A stretch of DNA of 20,000 bases from contig JBFLGF010000091.1 of the NCBI GenBank assembly GCA_050230475.1, positions 48,946-68,945 on the forward strand, in the 5' to 3' direction. The notes below the pieces were generated by a model, which saw only the letters and a program-made list of their open reading frames with translations, searched no databases and was not told the DNA's origin. The position numbers and the translations under genes were made by a program. The DNA comes from Ancylonema sp. Lineage: Eukaryota. Positions 19,743-20,000 of the stretch are shown in pieces; the first letter of the stretch is position 1; the number at the start of each line of letters is the position of its first letter.

Positions 19743-19770
19743 GATTATTATTATTATTATTACTATGATG

Positions 19771-19844
<74 letters not shown>

Positions 19845-19880
19845 TATTGTTATCATTATTATTATCATTATTATTATTAA

Positions 19881-19937
<57 letters not shown>

Positions 19938-19958
19938 TATTGTTATTATTATTATTAA

Positions 19959-20000
<42 letters not shown>
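19709..20000. repeat. (TTA)n microsatellite in ALA3 intron 13, running off the window
   Basis: ~290 bp of near-perfect attattatt. Confidence 0.97.

Noticed and set aside
19602..19880. Poly-Ile and poly-Tyr ORFs, and other Pro/Gly-rich ORFs across 15300-19600
   Set aside because: Artefacts of (TTA)n and G-run intron sequence, or off-frame reads of ALA3 exons.

Overview
Eukaryotic, intron-rich, plant-lineage DNA, most likely a non-seed streptophyte (alga or bryophyte; inferred from the ALA3-like protein and the chromovirus type). Two spliced genes lie head-to-head. A 5-exon MATH-BTB (SPOP/BPM-like) E3 adaptor is on the minus strand (4719..2551). The first 13 exons of an ALA3-like P4-ATPase lipid flippase are on the plus strand (14848..19607, continuing past the window). 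The ~10 kb between them is a transposon island. It holds a truncated chromovirus (GPF integrase tail, chromodomain, PPT and a 431-bp 3' LTR, minus strand) abutting a decayed retroelement derivative with no RT or integrase. In that derivative a retropepsin precedes a CCHC knuckle, the protease C-terminal motif appears duplicated, and the region ends in a 149-bp direct repeat pair around an 873-bp LTR-like spacer. A 220-bp hAT-type MITE, a dense palindrome cluster and G-rich introns lacking polypyrimidine tracts are also present. I cannot establish a new biological system from sequence alone. The best candidates for follow-up are the atypical retroelement (7110..13202) and the G-tract intron class. 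All coordinates and alignments were read by eye.
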